Source of the DNA: Octopus vulgaris
Lineage: Eukaryota
Direction: 5' to 3'
Length of the DNA stretch: 64,000 nt
Assembly: GCA_951406725.2 (NCBI GenBank)
Contig: OX597838.1
Coordinates: forward strand, 20,088,001-20,152,000
The notes under the pieces are model-generated. The model had not been told where the DNA came from. It made no database searches and saw only the letters and a list, made by a program, of their open reading frames with translations. Each line of letters opens with the position of its first letter. The stretch's first letter is position 1. Below are positions 38,673 through 51,980 of this stretch, one piece after another. A program made the position numbers and the translations under genes.

Positions 38673-39081
38673 ATAACTTATGATCAGACAGTCATTGACA
38701 TTTGTCATTGAGGTAATTTGCAAAAGATCATTGTAAAATTATTCCTTATGTTTATCCACCAGTCTAAACAGATTAACTAATGCAGAGTACATGGTGATGC
38801 TATATTTTCCAACATTAGTCTGAGCTTAACTATCCAATCACACTCTGATTACCTCAACTGCTTTACCTACCTATATCTCTACCAAAAGTACACCTACACA
38901 ACCCACATCATCACTGTTACCTTATGAGACAAATTTATACCTTTGTTCCTTGCTCATGGGGAGTCTGACTAGAGACACCCTCCATCTTATCTCTTGCATG
39001 CAACACACATATTTATCTTCGGCTCTAGCACTTCATCAGAACTACTTTTCATTGTACCTGCATTGATTGTGGCTGCTCTAA

Positions 39082-39240
39082 TCTATTATATAAAATCCAT
39101 TCTGTCTGTGTGTGTCTTCTAGTATCTCGGGCATCCTCCATCCGATTGCGCTCAAATTTGATATGTAGATACCAACGGTATCAGGGTGCGTATAAGTCTT
39201 GAAAAATTTACAAAAATCGATTCCAGGTGAGAATGTGACC
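39082..39240 (+). mobile_element. Helitron-like 5' fragment
   Basis: A|TCTATTATATAAAA start followed by (TGTC/TG) repeats; 3' CTAG end not found. Confidence 0.45.
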
Positions 39241-39583
39241 AATAAAGCATTCTTTGGAATAGAAAAAAAGTCTATCTGTATTTCTTGTTTTGCTGGTGTC
39301 TCAAATTTAGGTTAAATCAGTGTTTCTCAAAGGGGAGGCCTATGGAACGGTCAGATAAGTTGTTTTGAGAAAATTTGGTTTAAATGTTTGACAACTCAGC
39401 ACCGTCCATTGGACGGGGGGGGGGAAGTGCAGGGCATTTTTCTCGTAATTAATATTAATCAAACCATGTGAGGAAATATTAATGCATTTTAGAACTATAT
39501 TAATAAACAGGATACTGGTCAGTAGATGCAAATGAAAGAAAGAGAAGGAAAAGCAAAAAGAGTTAGCAATTAAATTACATATA

Positions 39584-40006
39584 GGTGTAGGAGTGGCTGT
39601 GTGTTAAGTAGCTTGCTTACCAACCACATGGTTCCAGGTTCAGTCCCACTGCGTGGCACCTTGGGCAAGTGTCTTCAACTATAGCCTCGGGCCGACCAAA
39701 GCCGTGTGGGTGGATTTGGTAGACGGAAACTGAAAGAAGCCCATCGTATATATGTATATATTTATATGTATGTGTGTGTATATGTTTGTGTGTCTGTGTT
39801 TGTCCCCACCCAACATCGCTTGACAACTGATGCTGGTGTGTTTACGTCCCCGTAACTTAGCGGTTCGGCAAAAGAGACTGATAGAATAAGTACTAGGCTT
39901 ACAAAGAATAAGTCCTGGGGTCTATTTGCTCAACTAAAAGGCTGTGCTCCAGCATGGCCGCAGTCAAATGACTGAAACAAGTAAAAGAGTAAGAGAATAA
40001 AAGAGT
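39584..40006 (+). mobile_element. SINE family A, full length
   Basis: A-box TGGCTGTGTG, B-box GGTTCAGTCC, CORE-like GGCACCTTGGGCAAGTGTCTT, internal microsatellite, (AAAAGAGT)n tail. Confidence 0.9.
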
Positions 40007-40807
40007 ATATTTAAAAAAGAAATCAGCCAGTTGGTCAACTTGTTTGGACTAATGCAACTCTTCCACACCTGATACCTTGATTAAGCAATGCAGTATGGAT
40101 GTCTGGCTTAGATTTTAATCATATTGGTAATTTCCTTGATGAAATATCTTATCTGTGTATGCCATGACTACATGTGAACTGGTTGACCTTGGCTGTTGAT
40201 AGTTTGTTGTCTGTTCATCTGCTCAGCATCTGGTGATATTTGCCATTGATTCAATAAGAGTCAAGACTATTGAAAAGGTTGTAAGACACAACGGAAATTT
40301 TAGGAAAATAAAAATAAGAAATAAGTCGAAATTTTACCGGTGAGTGTGTTACATTATAAGGCACAAAATGAAAATGACTCTTCCCAGACACAACAGAATA
40401 TGCTTCAACACACGAACTCATATAAAGAATCTTGCAAACCAAATCCAAAAACGAAATTCAATAAGTTCATTTACCAAAATAGTTCACATTCACCATACTA
40501 CATCCTATGGTTTCAATGTATTCTGGCTCAGTAAACTTCATTTTCATCATTCTTTACTGCAAGTTAAGACAGACCAAAGGGAAGCAACACACGCATTACT
40601 ATACCACCAAGGGTAAGTTACCACTATCTGTTACAAAATTATTAATGAAATTGCTTAAAATTTTTTCTCTTTCTTTTTGTACCCTCTCATTGCAGAGAAG
40701 GAGTGGTATGGTCTGGAGAGACTCCCTGGTCGCTAAACTACACACCCTGTCGAATAACGTTACTACAGAGATCCTGTGAAGGAACCACATTGTGGTTGCT
40801 TGTAATA

Positions 40808-41095
40808 TCTTTATATATAAAAGTGAAGTTGTGTGAGTGTCTGTCTCCTACGATTTAGATTCCTAACTACTCCCACATTTTGCGGTGCAGTTTAACCAAA
40901 ACTGGGTATCTTATAGTCGTGATTCATATCGAGCCCTTCTGGGTATTAGCGCTCGTCTACGATGAGTCTACGATTTAAAAAAAAATTTACCATCATTTTT
41001 TTCCATTTCAATGCATTTTTTGGCTATAACTCTCTAAAAATGCTTATATAGTTATTTCCCTTACAAATCCGAGCAACGCCGGGCGATACTGCTAG
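40808..41095 (+). mobile_element. Non-autonomous Helitron, complete
   Basis: A|TC start, 3' GC-rich hairpin CCGAGCAACGCCGGG, CTAG|T end, no TSD. Confidence 0.85.
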
Positions 41096-41637
41096 TATAT
41101 AATATGAAATTATTGTATACAGTGCTCAGGTGCACCACAACCTGTCAAACAGTGCGTATACAGTATATGTGTTCATGATTGTACACTTTTGGTCATTACC
41201 CAACATTCATGGCCATAGATGAGGATGGACCCTTAAGCTGGACTGAAGATAGCAAGTTTGGATTTGAGAATTTATTGATGGAGCCGGGTCATTACTGTAG
41301 TTCTGGCATTCAATTCGATATCATAGGAAAAACCACAAAAATGTATTCTTCAAGCCCAGGCAATTGACAGAAGTTCTAGGAGTAGATCAAGAACGAGATA
41401 GCTGGATAATATCCATGATCCCAACCAGGAAGTGTAATGACGGTTATTTCTGACAGGACCCTGTGAAGGAGATGCATAAGGACTCTATCCTCTCAAACAT
41501 CTAAGGAGTAGTGGGTAGAGAAGATAGCTGGATGGCAGGAAGCTTTGTAACTTTGTGATTTCATGATTGAATCCTAAATCCATTCTTATGGATAATAGTA
41601 ATTAGTATCATCATTAATTGGTAATACTAACTCTGTT

Positions 41638-41985
41638 CATCATCATCATCATCATCGTTTAACGCCTGCTTTCCATGCTAGTATGGGTTGGACGATTTGA
41701 CTGAGGACTGGCGAACCAGATGGCTGCACCAGGCTCCAATCTGATCTGGCAGAGTTTCTACAGCTGGATGCCCTTCCTAACGCCAACCACTCTGAGAGTG
41801 TAGTGGGTGCTTTTACGTGCCAGTCAGGTGGTACTGGCAACGGCCATGCTCAAATGGTGTTTTTCATGTGCCACCTGCATAGGAGCCAGTCCAGCGGCAC
41901 TGACAATGACCTCACTCGAATGTTTTTTCACATGTCACCGGCACAAGTGCCAGTAAGGCGATGCTGGTAATGATCACGCTCGTCT
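41638..41985 (-). mobile_element. SINE family C with internal tandem repeats
   Basis: (CAT)n tail, core motif, repeated ..TTTT(C)ACGTGCCACC units. Confidence 0.8.
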
Positions 41986-42109
41986 GTTATTTTAAATAAT
42001 TCTGATGAAACAATTACTTTCAATTATTATTTCTCTTTAGTAATTACCAGAGATAATGATGTGGACCTAAATTTAAATATAAAAAATTGCCTTTAAGAGC
42101 TAAATTTAG

Positions 42110-42480
42110 TATCAGTATCACTTCCTCCTGTGCTCTTGAGCACAGTGGGCAGCAAAGCCAACACTATTAGTTTTTGTTGGCTGTGGCTTTCTCTGCATTT
42201 GGTGCATGTGATATTGCCCTCTCTCATGTAGGTTATGAATGTTATGTGCCATGTAGTTTTCAGTCTACCTATCTTTCTTTTTTCCTTCAGAATATCCACT
42301 TGAAATCTCTTTTAGAATGGCATTGTTCTGGTAGCCGAAATATGTGACCTGCTAGTTTTAATCAACATTCTGTGATGATTTTGATAAGTGGTCATGTGTT
42401 GACTCTCTTTAGAATGCTTTCATTGGTTATGTGGGCTTGCCAGTATGTTCTAAGAATCCTTCTCAAGTGTCTTTGATGTC
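42110..42480 (-). pseudogene. Decayed RTE LINE 3' fragment
   Basis: HQRHLRRIL..WQAHITNESIL, LAGHIFR, KRKIGRLKTTW motifs. Confidence 0.7.
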
Positions 42481-42509
42481 CAAATATTCTATATTATTTA
42501 ATTCAAAAT

Positions 42510-42665
42510 AAAATGTCATTGTTTTATCAACATGGCTCTCTATCAAATCACTTAACAATTATTATTCTCCTCTCTCGCTGGATAAAAGAAATAGGCTGTA
42601 ATAACATTTTAAATGTTATCTATATCGACATAGCAAAAGCTTTTGATTTTGTTAGTCACAATATC
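42510..42665 (+). pseudogene. CR1-like RT fragment
   Basis: VIYIDIAKAFDFVSH motif. Confidence 0.65.
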
Positions 42666-42756
42666 ATCATCATCCATTAATGGGCATGGGTTGGACTGTT
42701 TGACCAGAGCTGACAAGCATGAGATCTGCCAGTATGACTTGGCTTGGTTTCTACGT

Positions 42757-42937
42757 TAGTCTCGGGCTGACCAAAGCCTTGTGAGTGGATTTGGTAGACG
42801 GAAACTGAAAGAAGCCCATCGTATATACATATATACCCTCTTTCTTTCCTTCATTCCTGAGCGTCCAATAATACTATATTTGTTCCACGTCCTTGCGTTG
42901 TTGTGTTTTCTCTTTGTGTTTTCATGTTTGGATTAAC

Positions 42938-42968
<31 letters not shown>

Positions 42969-43160
42969 GTGCATATGTTTGTCTCCCCCAACATCGCTTG
43001 ACAACCGATGCTGGTGTGTTTACGTCCCCCGTAACTTAGCGGTTCAGCAAAAGAGACCGATATAATAAGTACAAAGAATAAGTCCTGGGGTCGATTTGCT
43101 TGACTAAAGGTGGTGCTCCAGCATGGCCACAGTCAAATGACTGAAACAAGTAAAAGAGTA
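42757..43160 (+). mobile_element. SINE family A (5'-truncated) with a Penelope-like tail inserted in its TA tract
   Basis: Family A body interrupted at 42835-42940 by sequence matching 35370-35460. Confidence 0.75.
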
Positions 43161-43510
43161 TATATGTATATCAATGACATGACATCAATTATTAGACGTT
43201 ATTGTTGGTTTCAAACTTTGGCACAAGGCCAACAAGTTTGGGGTGGGAGTAAGTTGATTGCATCAACCCCAGTAATCAACTGGTACTTATTTCATCAAGC
43301 ATGAATGGCATAGTTAACCTTGACAGAATTTGAACTTAGAACGTAAAGACCGTTGAAATGCTTGGCATGCTAATGATTCAGCCAGCTCACCTCATTACTG
43401 GTGATGCTCTTGATGCTCTTATGACAACAGAATTAACTTCAAGCCAGCAGTTTCTTCATTCTGTTGCTAGATCCAGGTCTGTTTTCATAGAACCCTGAGG
43501 TTTCTTAAAT

Positions 43511-44200
43511 AAGGCAGCGAGCTAGCAGAAACGCTAGCACACCGGGTGAAAATGCTTGGCGGTATTTTGCTTGTCTTTATGTTCTGAGTTTAAATTTCAC
43601 AGAGGTTGACTTTGCCTTTCATCCTTTTGGGGTTGATAAATTAAGTACCAGTTGCATACTGGGGTCGATCTAATCGACTGGATACCTCCCCCAAAATTTC
43701 AGGCCTTGTGCCTAGAGTAAAAAAGGATATTTTAGTCAAATAAGGCGGTGAGCTGGCAGAAACATTAGCACGCTGCGCGAAATGCTTAGCGGTAATTTGT
43801 CTGCCGTTACATTCTGGGTTCAAATTCCGCCGAGGTCGACTTTGCCTTTCATCCTTTCAGGGTCAATCAAATAAGTACCAGTTATGCACTGGGGTCGATG
43901 TAATCGACTTAATCCATTTGTCTGTCCTTGTTTGTCTTCTCTGTGTTTAGTCCCTTGTGGGTAGTAAAGAAATAGGTATTTCGTCTGCCGCTACATTCTG
44001 GGTTCAAATTCTGCCAAGGTCAGTTTTGCCTTTCATCCTTTCGGGGTCGATTAAATAAGTACCAGTTATGCTCTGGGGTCGATGTAATCGACTTAATCCG
44101 TTTGTCTGTCCTTGTTTGTCCTCTCTGTGTTTAGCTCCTTGTGGGTAGTAAAGAAATAGGTATTTCGACTACCGCTACGTTCTCAGTTCAAATTCCGCAG
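43511..44200 (+). mobile_element. SINE family B monomer followed by a family B multimer (2 units plus partial third)
   Basis: Heads at 43511 and 43742; units rejoin at AAAGAAATAG|GTATTTCG (~43976 and ~44160); possible 8-bp TSD AGTCAAAT at 43734-43741 and 44201-44208. Confidence 0.85.
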
Positions 44201-44968
44201 AGTCAAATCCACATCCATTGCTGTTATTCAATCATAAAAAACCTCAATTGTTATTTTATACATTTGTATCAATTTTTAATCCTTTATGTGTTTTTTTTAC
44301 TTTAAATTTAGTAAACATCTTTAACCTTAACTAATTTTCTTTGACCTTAATATGTCTTTTTGTCTCTTTAACTACCTTATCAAGTCTTATGTTTTTTTCT
44401 GATAAGATCGGTTACACTGATAAATCTCAAAACCATTAATTTCTCCAACAGGTTCAGTCTTCTGTTAGTAGCACTTTACATCTATTTCTATGTCCTACTA
44501 ACCTTTTAGTATATCAGTTTTTCAACCATCTCACCACTTCACCACACCACCGCCCGTAACCTCTTTCTATACTATTTCTACTCTCTTGTAACATTAACAA
44601 CTCTCTACATGGTTGACATTTTCCTCTGATACCCCGACCCTCATAGCTGGTACCTACCATATAAATGGAATGTAGCTGTTATTGATTTAACCCATTTTTT
44701 TTTTTTTTTTTGCTTTTCACAGGGAATGGAGTATATTATTACAAACAAACATGCTGTTTATTTTATAATTTTGTTATTGTTTTACTAGTTTTAGTTGTTA
44801 TTGTTGTTGTTGGTGGTGGGGGCCATGACAGGATATTGCTTCTCCTTCGAAAGTTTTAGTCAATTATACATGTTTATGTCTGGTGCGTATTTTATGAATC
44901 TGTATTTGTCGAACAACTCCGTTTTGAAATGATATGAAGGGACATAATAAGAACAACACTGGTTTTCA

Positions 44969-45013
<45 letters not shown>

Positions 45014-45289
45014 TGCACACATACACACAAACACATATATACACAGCCACACACATACAAACACATATAAATGTATACATACATACATACACAGACACAC
45101 CATCACCATTGTCATCATCGTTGTTGTCATCGTCGTCATCGTCATCATCATCATCATCCTCACCAGCAGCATTTTATATCTGTTTTCCATGCTGGCATGG
45201 GTTGGAAGGGTTGGCATGGTCTGAGTTCACTTTCATGCTTAGACAAGTTAAGAACCATGTCTTACTAGTATATATGTATATATATATGT

Positions 45290-45579
45290 GGAGGCACATC
45301 ACCTAGTGGTTAGAGCAGCGGACTCGCGGTCGAGGTATCACGGGTTCGAATCTCAGACCGGGCGATGTGTCTGTTTATGAGTGAAACACCTAAGCTCCAC
45401 GCGGCTCCGGCAAAATGTAATGGCAAACTTCTGCTGACTCTTTCGCCACAACTTTCTCTCACTCTTTCCTCCTGCATCTAACAGCTCACCTGCAACGGAC
45501 TGGCGTCCCGTCCAGGTGGGGGAGCCTATATGCCAAGGAAACTGGCCCTTATGAGCCAGGTATGGCTCAAGAAGGAACA

Positions 45580-45583
<4 letters not shown>
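45290..45583 (+). mobile_element. SINE family D copy
   Basis: AGTGGTTAGAGCAGCGGACTCGCGGTCG..GGTTCGAATC tRNA-like head; CTGCAACGGACTGGCGTCCCGTCCAG. Confidence 0.8.
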
Positions 45584-45617
<34 letters not shown>

Positions 45618-46028
45618 CACACACACACATATATATGTATGTATGTATGTATATGTAAATATCATCATCATCATCATCATAACATCCACTTTTCCATCCT
45701 AGCATTGGTCAGACAGATTTTGTTGAGACAGATATTCTATGGCAGGATACCTTTCCTGTTGCCAACCCTCATTTGTTTTGAAGCAAGGTTATGTTTCCTC
45801 ATGGCCAGATACGTTCTTGCGGAATATTGGAAATAAACGACACTGATTGTCATTGACAAATGACAACCATTCTACATCTATCTCATGACATCAAGATAAG
45901 GAGATACAAACGTACACACACCCTCACTCTCTCTCTCACACACACACTACTAAGTTACGGGGATGTAAACAAACCAAGATCGGTTGTCAAGCGATGGTAG
46001 AGGGACAAACATAGACACAAACACACAA

Positions 46029-46061
<33 letters not shown>

Positions 46062-46731
46062 TGACAGGCTTCTTTCAGTTTTCGTCTACCAAGTCTACTC
46101 AGAAGGCTTTGGTTGGCCCGAGGTTATAGTAGAAGACACTTGCCCAAGGTGCCATGCAGTGGAACTGAACCTAGAACCATGTAGTTAGTAAGCAAGCTTC
46201 TTACTACACAGCCATGCCTGTGCCCAAACTTGTTTCATAAATATTGATTTAAGCTTGTCCTTCTCCTTGTACATTGTTTGAGGACATTACTTATGAGATG
46301 AACTGTTCCACTAATTGTTATTAGGCTTGTTTTGTTTGCGACGTTGATGGAGAAACAAAGGATCCAATTCTCTATATTTGCTGTGTTGTCTGAATGTCCT
46401 TTTTTGAATAAGTACTTTTTTTATAAGTACTGTTTTGTAGCTATAAGTTATTTCTGTTTGCCATCATCCCTGTGAAGCGACCAACTATGAGGGTGTGCGT
46501 GCGCACCTCCACATTCATTAAATCAGACTTGTTCTTTTAAAATAATACCGTTTTTTCCTTTTATTTATGGTTATATGAATGCTGTGTTTCTCACACAAAT
46601 ATTAAGGTTGTTACAGACACCTTTCACAGAATTTTAATCTCAAAAACTACTTCAAGCAGAAACAAAATCTGAAATATAAATTGACTTAAATTTTGTTTAA
46701 ATATCAACACATAAAATGGATTATTAGTTGA

Positions 46732-46763
<32 letters not shown>

Positions 46764-48948
46764 AATATGAGGGAAAATTATTCCAAACTTACAGGGAAAA
46801 ATTCAATTTAGAAATACTAAATCAAATTCACAAAATATAATATATATATAAATTAGAAAAAAACACCTTTTATCAATTCAATAATGAAAAATTAAATTAT
46901 ACCATCTAGAGAATTACAAATTATAGAAAGATTAGATATAAGATAAAACATATAACGATGATTAAGTAATGTGCAAAATAATAAATAAAACGTATATATT
47001 TGGTAGAATAACGACATGTGTTGTATATATATATATATATATATATATAGCTTACTAAAAGCCCTTTATTATATTTGTGGCAAAAATAATCTAAACTTGT
47101 TCAGGATGTGAAGTTTGGCATACATCTGATTGCTTGTTTGTTAATGTGTATAGTCTAATAGAATCACTTAAATTTCTCTCTGATTGGTATTGTTTTATAT
47201 GAAGTAGGTTTTATTAATATGCATTATTTTAGAAAATACTTTCTAATAATTTTAGTAAGTTGTTTTGTCAGAGAAATAGTTGCTGTTCATTTTATAGGGA
47301 ACTGTAGCACCTGAACCACTACTTGCCAGAAACCAGGATCTTAACATCATCATCATCATCGTTTAGTGTCCATTTTCCATGCTAGCATGGGTTGGACGGT
47401 TCAACTGGGGTCTGGGAAGCCAGAAGGCTGCGCCAGGCCCAGTCTGATCTGGCAGTGTTTCTACAGCTGGATGCCCTTCCTAATGCCAACCACTCCGTGA
47501 GTGAAGTGGGTGCTTTTTATGTGCCACCTGCACAGGTGCCAGACGAGGCTGGCAAACGGCCACGATCGGATGGTGCTTTTTTACGTGCCACCGGCACTGG
47601 TATCACAGCTACAATTTCCATTGATGTTGATCGATTTCGAACATTATATTTACATGATGCAGTTTGCTTCCCTGGGATATTTCTGGAGGAAAATGGCACT
47701 ATCTATGCTATCAAATATGGTAATAATGTCCTTTCTACTACAGGCACAATGTCAGAAATTTTGTTGGGGGGGGGGATTAGTCGATTACACCAACCTCATT
47801 ACTCAACTATGATAGTTATTTTATCGATCCTGAAAGGATGAAAGCAAAGTCAACCTGGTGGAATGTGAACCCAGAATGTAACGAGTTAGAGGAGATGCTA
47901 CTAAGCATTTTGTCTGATGTGCTAATGATTCTGCCACATTGCCACTTAATAATATAAATGTTTTTAACCTTTTTGCATTAACAGGACATATCTGGCCCAA
48001 ATAGTCTACCTGTTTTATATCCAAACTGTTCAGATCTAGCTTCTCACACCTATCCTACAATGTCACATTAAAACTAAACAATTACATCAAATTACATCAA
48101 AATTACAATCTCAAAGCTATGAGATAATGTATGATTCATTCCAAGCAATGTAAATAAATAAGCATTGCATTTGACGAAGTAATCTTAATGCTAAAGGGCT
48201 AATAATATCACCAGTAGCTGTGTGATAAGTAGCTTGCTTACCAACCACATGGTTCCGGGTTCAGTCCCACTGCGTGGCACCTTGGGCAAGTGTCTTCTAC
48301 TATAGTCTTGGGCCGACCAAAGCATTGTGAGTGGATTTGGTAGACGGAAACTGAAAGAAACCCGTTGTATATATGTATATGTATACATGTGTGTGTGTGT
48401 GTCTGTGTTTGTCCCTGGTGCACTAACCGTTCTGCCAGCACGCCACAGAGAGCATTTCTGGTTACTTTTGGGTTCCCTCTCGTATGTATGTATGTATGTA
48501 TGTATGTATGTGTGCATGTAGCTATGTATGTGTGTATGTATGCATGTATGATTGTATGTAGTTATGTATGTATGTATATATTCTGGACAAGTGGAACTGC
48601 CTACTTATTGAATTACAGAAAGAGGGCTTAAGTATTCTGCAGACACTTATATCCTAAATGCTGTCATAATGTGACACCAAGTGTGACAGTTTCCACTCTT
48701 GAATTTCAGCTGCTGTCCATCTGATGGCTTACATACAATAAGGAAAAGGAAAGGCTAACAAAATATATAACTGGTTGTTGTATACCCTTTGTTGTTATCA
48801 AGCAGGCTTATGATCAAAATCCTTCTGAGCATGATCAAAGCATCTTTTTCTTTATCAAATGCAACATTGTCTAATGTGTCTTTCTTTATCTAATCTTTTT
48901 GATACCAACCCACCCAAGACCACCTCTACTTTTATGATACATGTTTAA

Positions 48949-49169
48949 CCCTTTTGTTACCAACCCGGCTGAAACCAGCTCTGGCTCTGGGTACAAATGT
49001 TTTGTTTTCATAAGTTTTGAATCAAAATCTTCCACCAAAACCTTAGTCACAATTTATGTTCCTAACACTAGCTGAATGATAAACTAAGCTATTTTACTAA
49101 ATTCTTTGTTATATTTAAAATTAATTGAAAGAAACACAGCATCTCAAAATAAATAGGGTAACGAAAGGG
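48949..49169. mobile_element. piggyBac-type MITE with TTAA TSD, nested in an older related MITE (~48892-49321)
   Basis: TTAA|CCCTTTTGTTACC ... GGTAACGAAAGGG|TTAA. Confidence 0.85.
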
Positions 49170-50179
49170 TTAAAGTGATCTACATTAAAACCTTCTTTTG
49201 AAATTTCATGTTGATTTATGTTCCAAACACCAAGTTAATAATGGCAGTTACTTTACTAAATTCTTCATCATTTTCAAAATTAATTAAAACAAAGGCAGAA
49301 ATATGGTAATAAAAGGGTTAAAAACCCTTTTGCATTCACATTTGGCCCTAATATTCTCCTTGTTTTATGTTCATGCTGTCCATGTCTGGCCTCTCATATG
49401 TACCCTACAATAACACTCTATAAACTAAAAATAAACTATCACATCATTAAATTCTTGAAGCTATGAGATAATGCATGATTAATTTGAAAGCATGCGAATA
49501 AATGATTTCAAATTTTGGCACAAGGCCAGTAGTTTAGGTGGACGGCGTAAGTTGATAACATCGACCCCAGTGTTCAACTGTTACTTATTTTATCGACCCT
49601 GAAAATATATTTCTTTATTGCCCACAAGGAGCTAAACACAGAGGGGACAAACAAGGGCAGACAAAGGGATCCCAGTGCATAACTGGTACTTTATTTATCG
49701 ACCCTGAAAATAATGAAAGACAAAGTTGAGCTCAGCGAAATTTGAACTCAGAACAGAAAAAAATGGTGAAATGCCGCTAAGCAGAACTTTCATTTATTGT
49801 CTACAACAGGAGAGTCCACTATTTAAACACACACACACACACACACACATGAAAAAGCAAATACAAAAAACAGCAAACGTACAAGAAATATTCATAATCA
49901 AGGCCATTAGTTTTATGATGCTCTAGGAAAAATGGAAAGAGTTAAGAGAAAAGTCCAGGAGAAACTGGGAAGAGATAGAAAAAGAAAGAGAAAGGGAACA
50001 AAAGAAGAAAGTCAAGAAGAAAATGCATGTGGGATCTGTTTACATGTTAGACCCACATGCTTTTCTCGGACTATTCTTTTCCTTCTCTTAGATCTTTCCT
50101 CATTCTGATGAAAAGCCATGGACGAAACCTCAGACAGTCTTTTTTCAATCTTAAACTCAGCGTTAACCTAATTCATTCA

Positions 50180-51135
50180 CTCTCTTTTACTCTTTTACTT
50201 GTTTCAGTCATTTGACTGCGGCTATGCTGGAGCACCGCCTTTAGTCGAGCAACTCGACCCCGGGACTTATTCTTTTTGTAAGCCCAGTACTTATTCTATC
50301 GGTCTCTTTTTGCCGAACCGCTAAGTGACGGGGACGTAAGCACACCAGCATCGGTTGTCAAGCAATGCTAGGGGGACAAACACAGACACACAAACATATA
50401 TATATATATATATACGACAGGCTTCTTTCAGTTTCCGTCTACCAAATCCACTCACAAGGCATTGGTCGGCCCAAGGCTATAGTAGAAGACACTTGCCCAA
50501 GATGCCACGCAGTGGGACTGAACCCGGAACCATGTGGCTGGTTAGCAAGCTACTTACCACACAGCCACTCCTGAGCCACTGTGTATCTTGTTTTGACTTT
50601 TGTTTTGTTTCCCAACCTCATGGTTCTGGGTTCAGTCCCACTGCGTGGCACCTTGGGCAAGTGTCTTCTACTGAAGCCTTAGGCCAACCAAAGCCTTGTG
50701 AATGGATATGGTAGATGGAAACTCAAAGAAGCCCGTCATTCTTTTACTTGTTTCAGTTATTTGACTGCGGCCATACTGGAGCACCGCCTTTATTTGAACA
50801 AATTGACCCCAGGACTTATTCTTTGTAAGCCTAGTACTTATTCTATCGGTCTCTTTTGCTGAACTAGTAACATACAGGGACATAAACACACCAGCATCGA
50901 TTGTCAAGTGATGGTGTGTGTGTGTGTGGGTGGGTGGGGGTGGGGACAAATATAGACACAGAAACATACACAAACACACACACACACACGATGGGCTTCT
51001 TTCAGTTTCCATCTACTAAATCCACTCACGAGGCTTTGGTTGACCTGAGGCTATAGTACAAGACACTTGCAGTGGGACTGAACCCAGAACCATGTGGTTG
51101 GTAAGCAAGCAACTTAACCACACAGCCACTCCAGC
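50180..51135. mobile_element. Cluster of three family A SINEs in alternating orientation (-,+,-)
   Basis: 50180-50573 minus, ~50607-50737 plus, 50740-51135 minus. Confidence 0.85.
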
Positions 51136-51409
51136 ACATATATATAAGGTATTAATTTGAAAAAGACAAGTTCCAAGGTCAATAATGCTCCTCATCAAAG
51201 CCGATACATATGTAAACACAGAGGGCATATAGAAGCCATTATAAGCATGCAAATGCATAACATATAAAAACATATATACATTTAATAGTGTAATTCTGTG
51301 CCCAAATCCAAGTCAGATAAGTAATTGCATAAATACAAATAAATTAAGAAGTCCAAGCTGATGAGATAACAGTTTACAATAGTCCAAAAAGGGAAGTCCT
51401 CAAATGAAT

Positions 51410-51980
51410 CCTTTTCTACTCTAGGCAGAAGGCCCGAAATTTTTTGGGTGGGGGACAGTCAATTAGATCGACCCCAGTACGCAACTGGTACTTAATTTAT
51501 CGACCCTGAAAGGATGAAATGCGAAGTTGAGCTCGGCGGAATTTGAACTCAGAACGTAAAGACAGATGAAATATCACTAAGCAGTTCGCCCAGCTCACTG
51601 CCTTATATTCTTTTCTACTCTAGACACAAAACCCGAAATTTTGGGGGAGGGGGCCAGTTGATTAGATCGACCTCAGTATGCAACTGGTACTTAATTTATT
51701 GACCCCGAAAGGATGAACAGCAAAGTCGACCTCGGCGGAATTTAAACATAAAGACAGACAAAATACCTATTTCTTTACTGCCTACAAGGGGCTAAACACA
51801 GAGAGGACAAACAAGGACAGACAAAGGGATTAAGTCGATTACATCGATCCCAGTGCGTAACTGGTACTTAATTTATCGACCCCGAAAAGATGAAAGGCAA
51901 AGTCGACCTCGGCGGAATTTGAACTCAGAACGTAACGGCAGACGAAATACGGCTACGCATTTCACCCGGCGTGCTAACGG
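51410..51980 (-). mobile_element. Tandem family B SINEs/multimer
   Basis: Three copies of CTGGTACTTAATTTAT.GACCC.GAAA.GATGAA...CTCGGCGGAATTT. Confidence 0.85.

Noticed and set aside
43742-44200. Regularly spaced repeats resembling a CRISPR array
   Set aside because: Whole units repeat with no unique spacers; eukaryotic SINE multimer with no cas genes
44695-44860. Strong acceptor (poly-T..CACAG) followed by a short hydrophobic frame
   Set aside because: No convincing donor or recognisable peptide; the downstream frame is low-complexity
45290-45365. tRNA-like sequence (also 38368-38440 and SINE A/B heads)
   Set aside because: No proper acceptor stem; continues into SINE bodies, so these are SINE heads rather than tRNA genes
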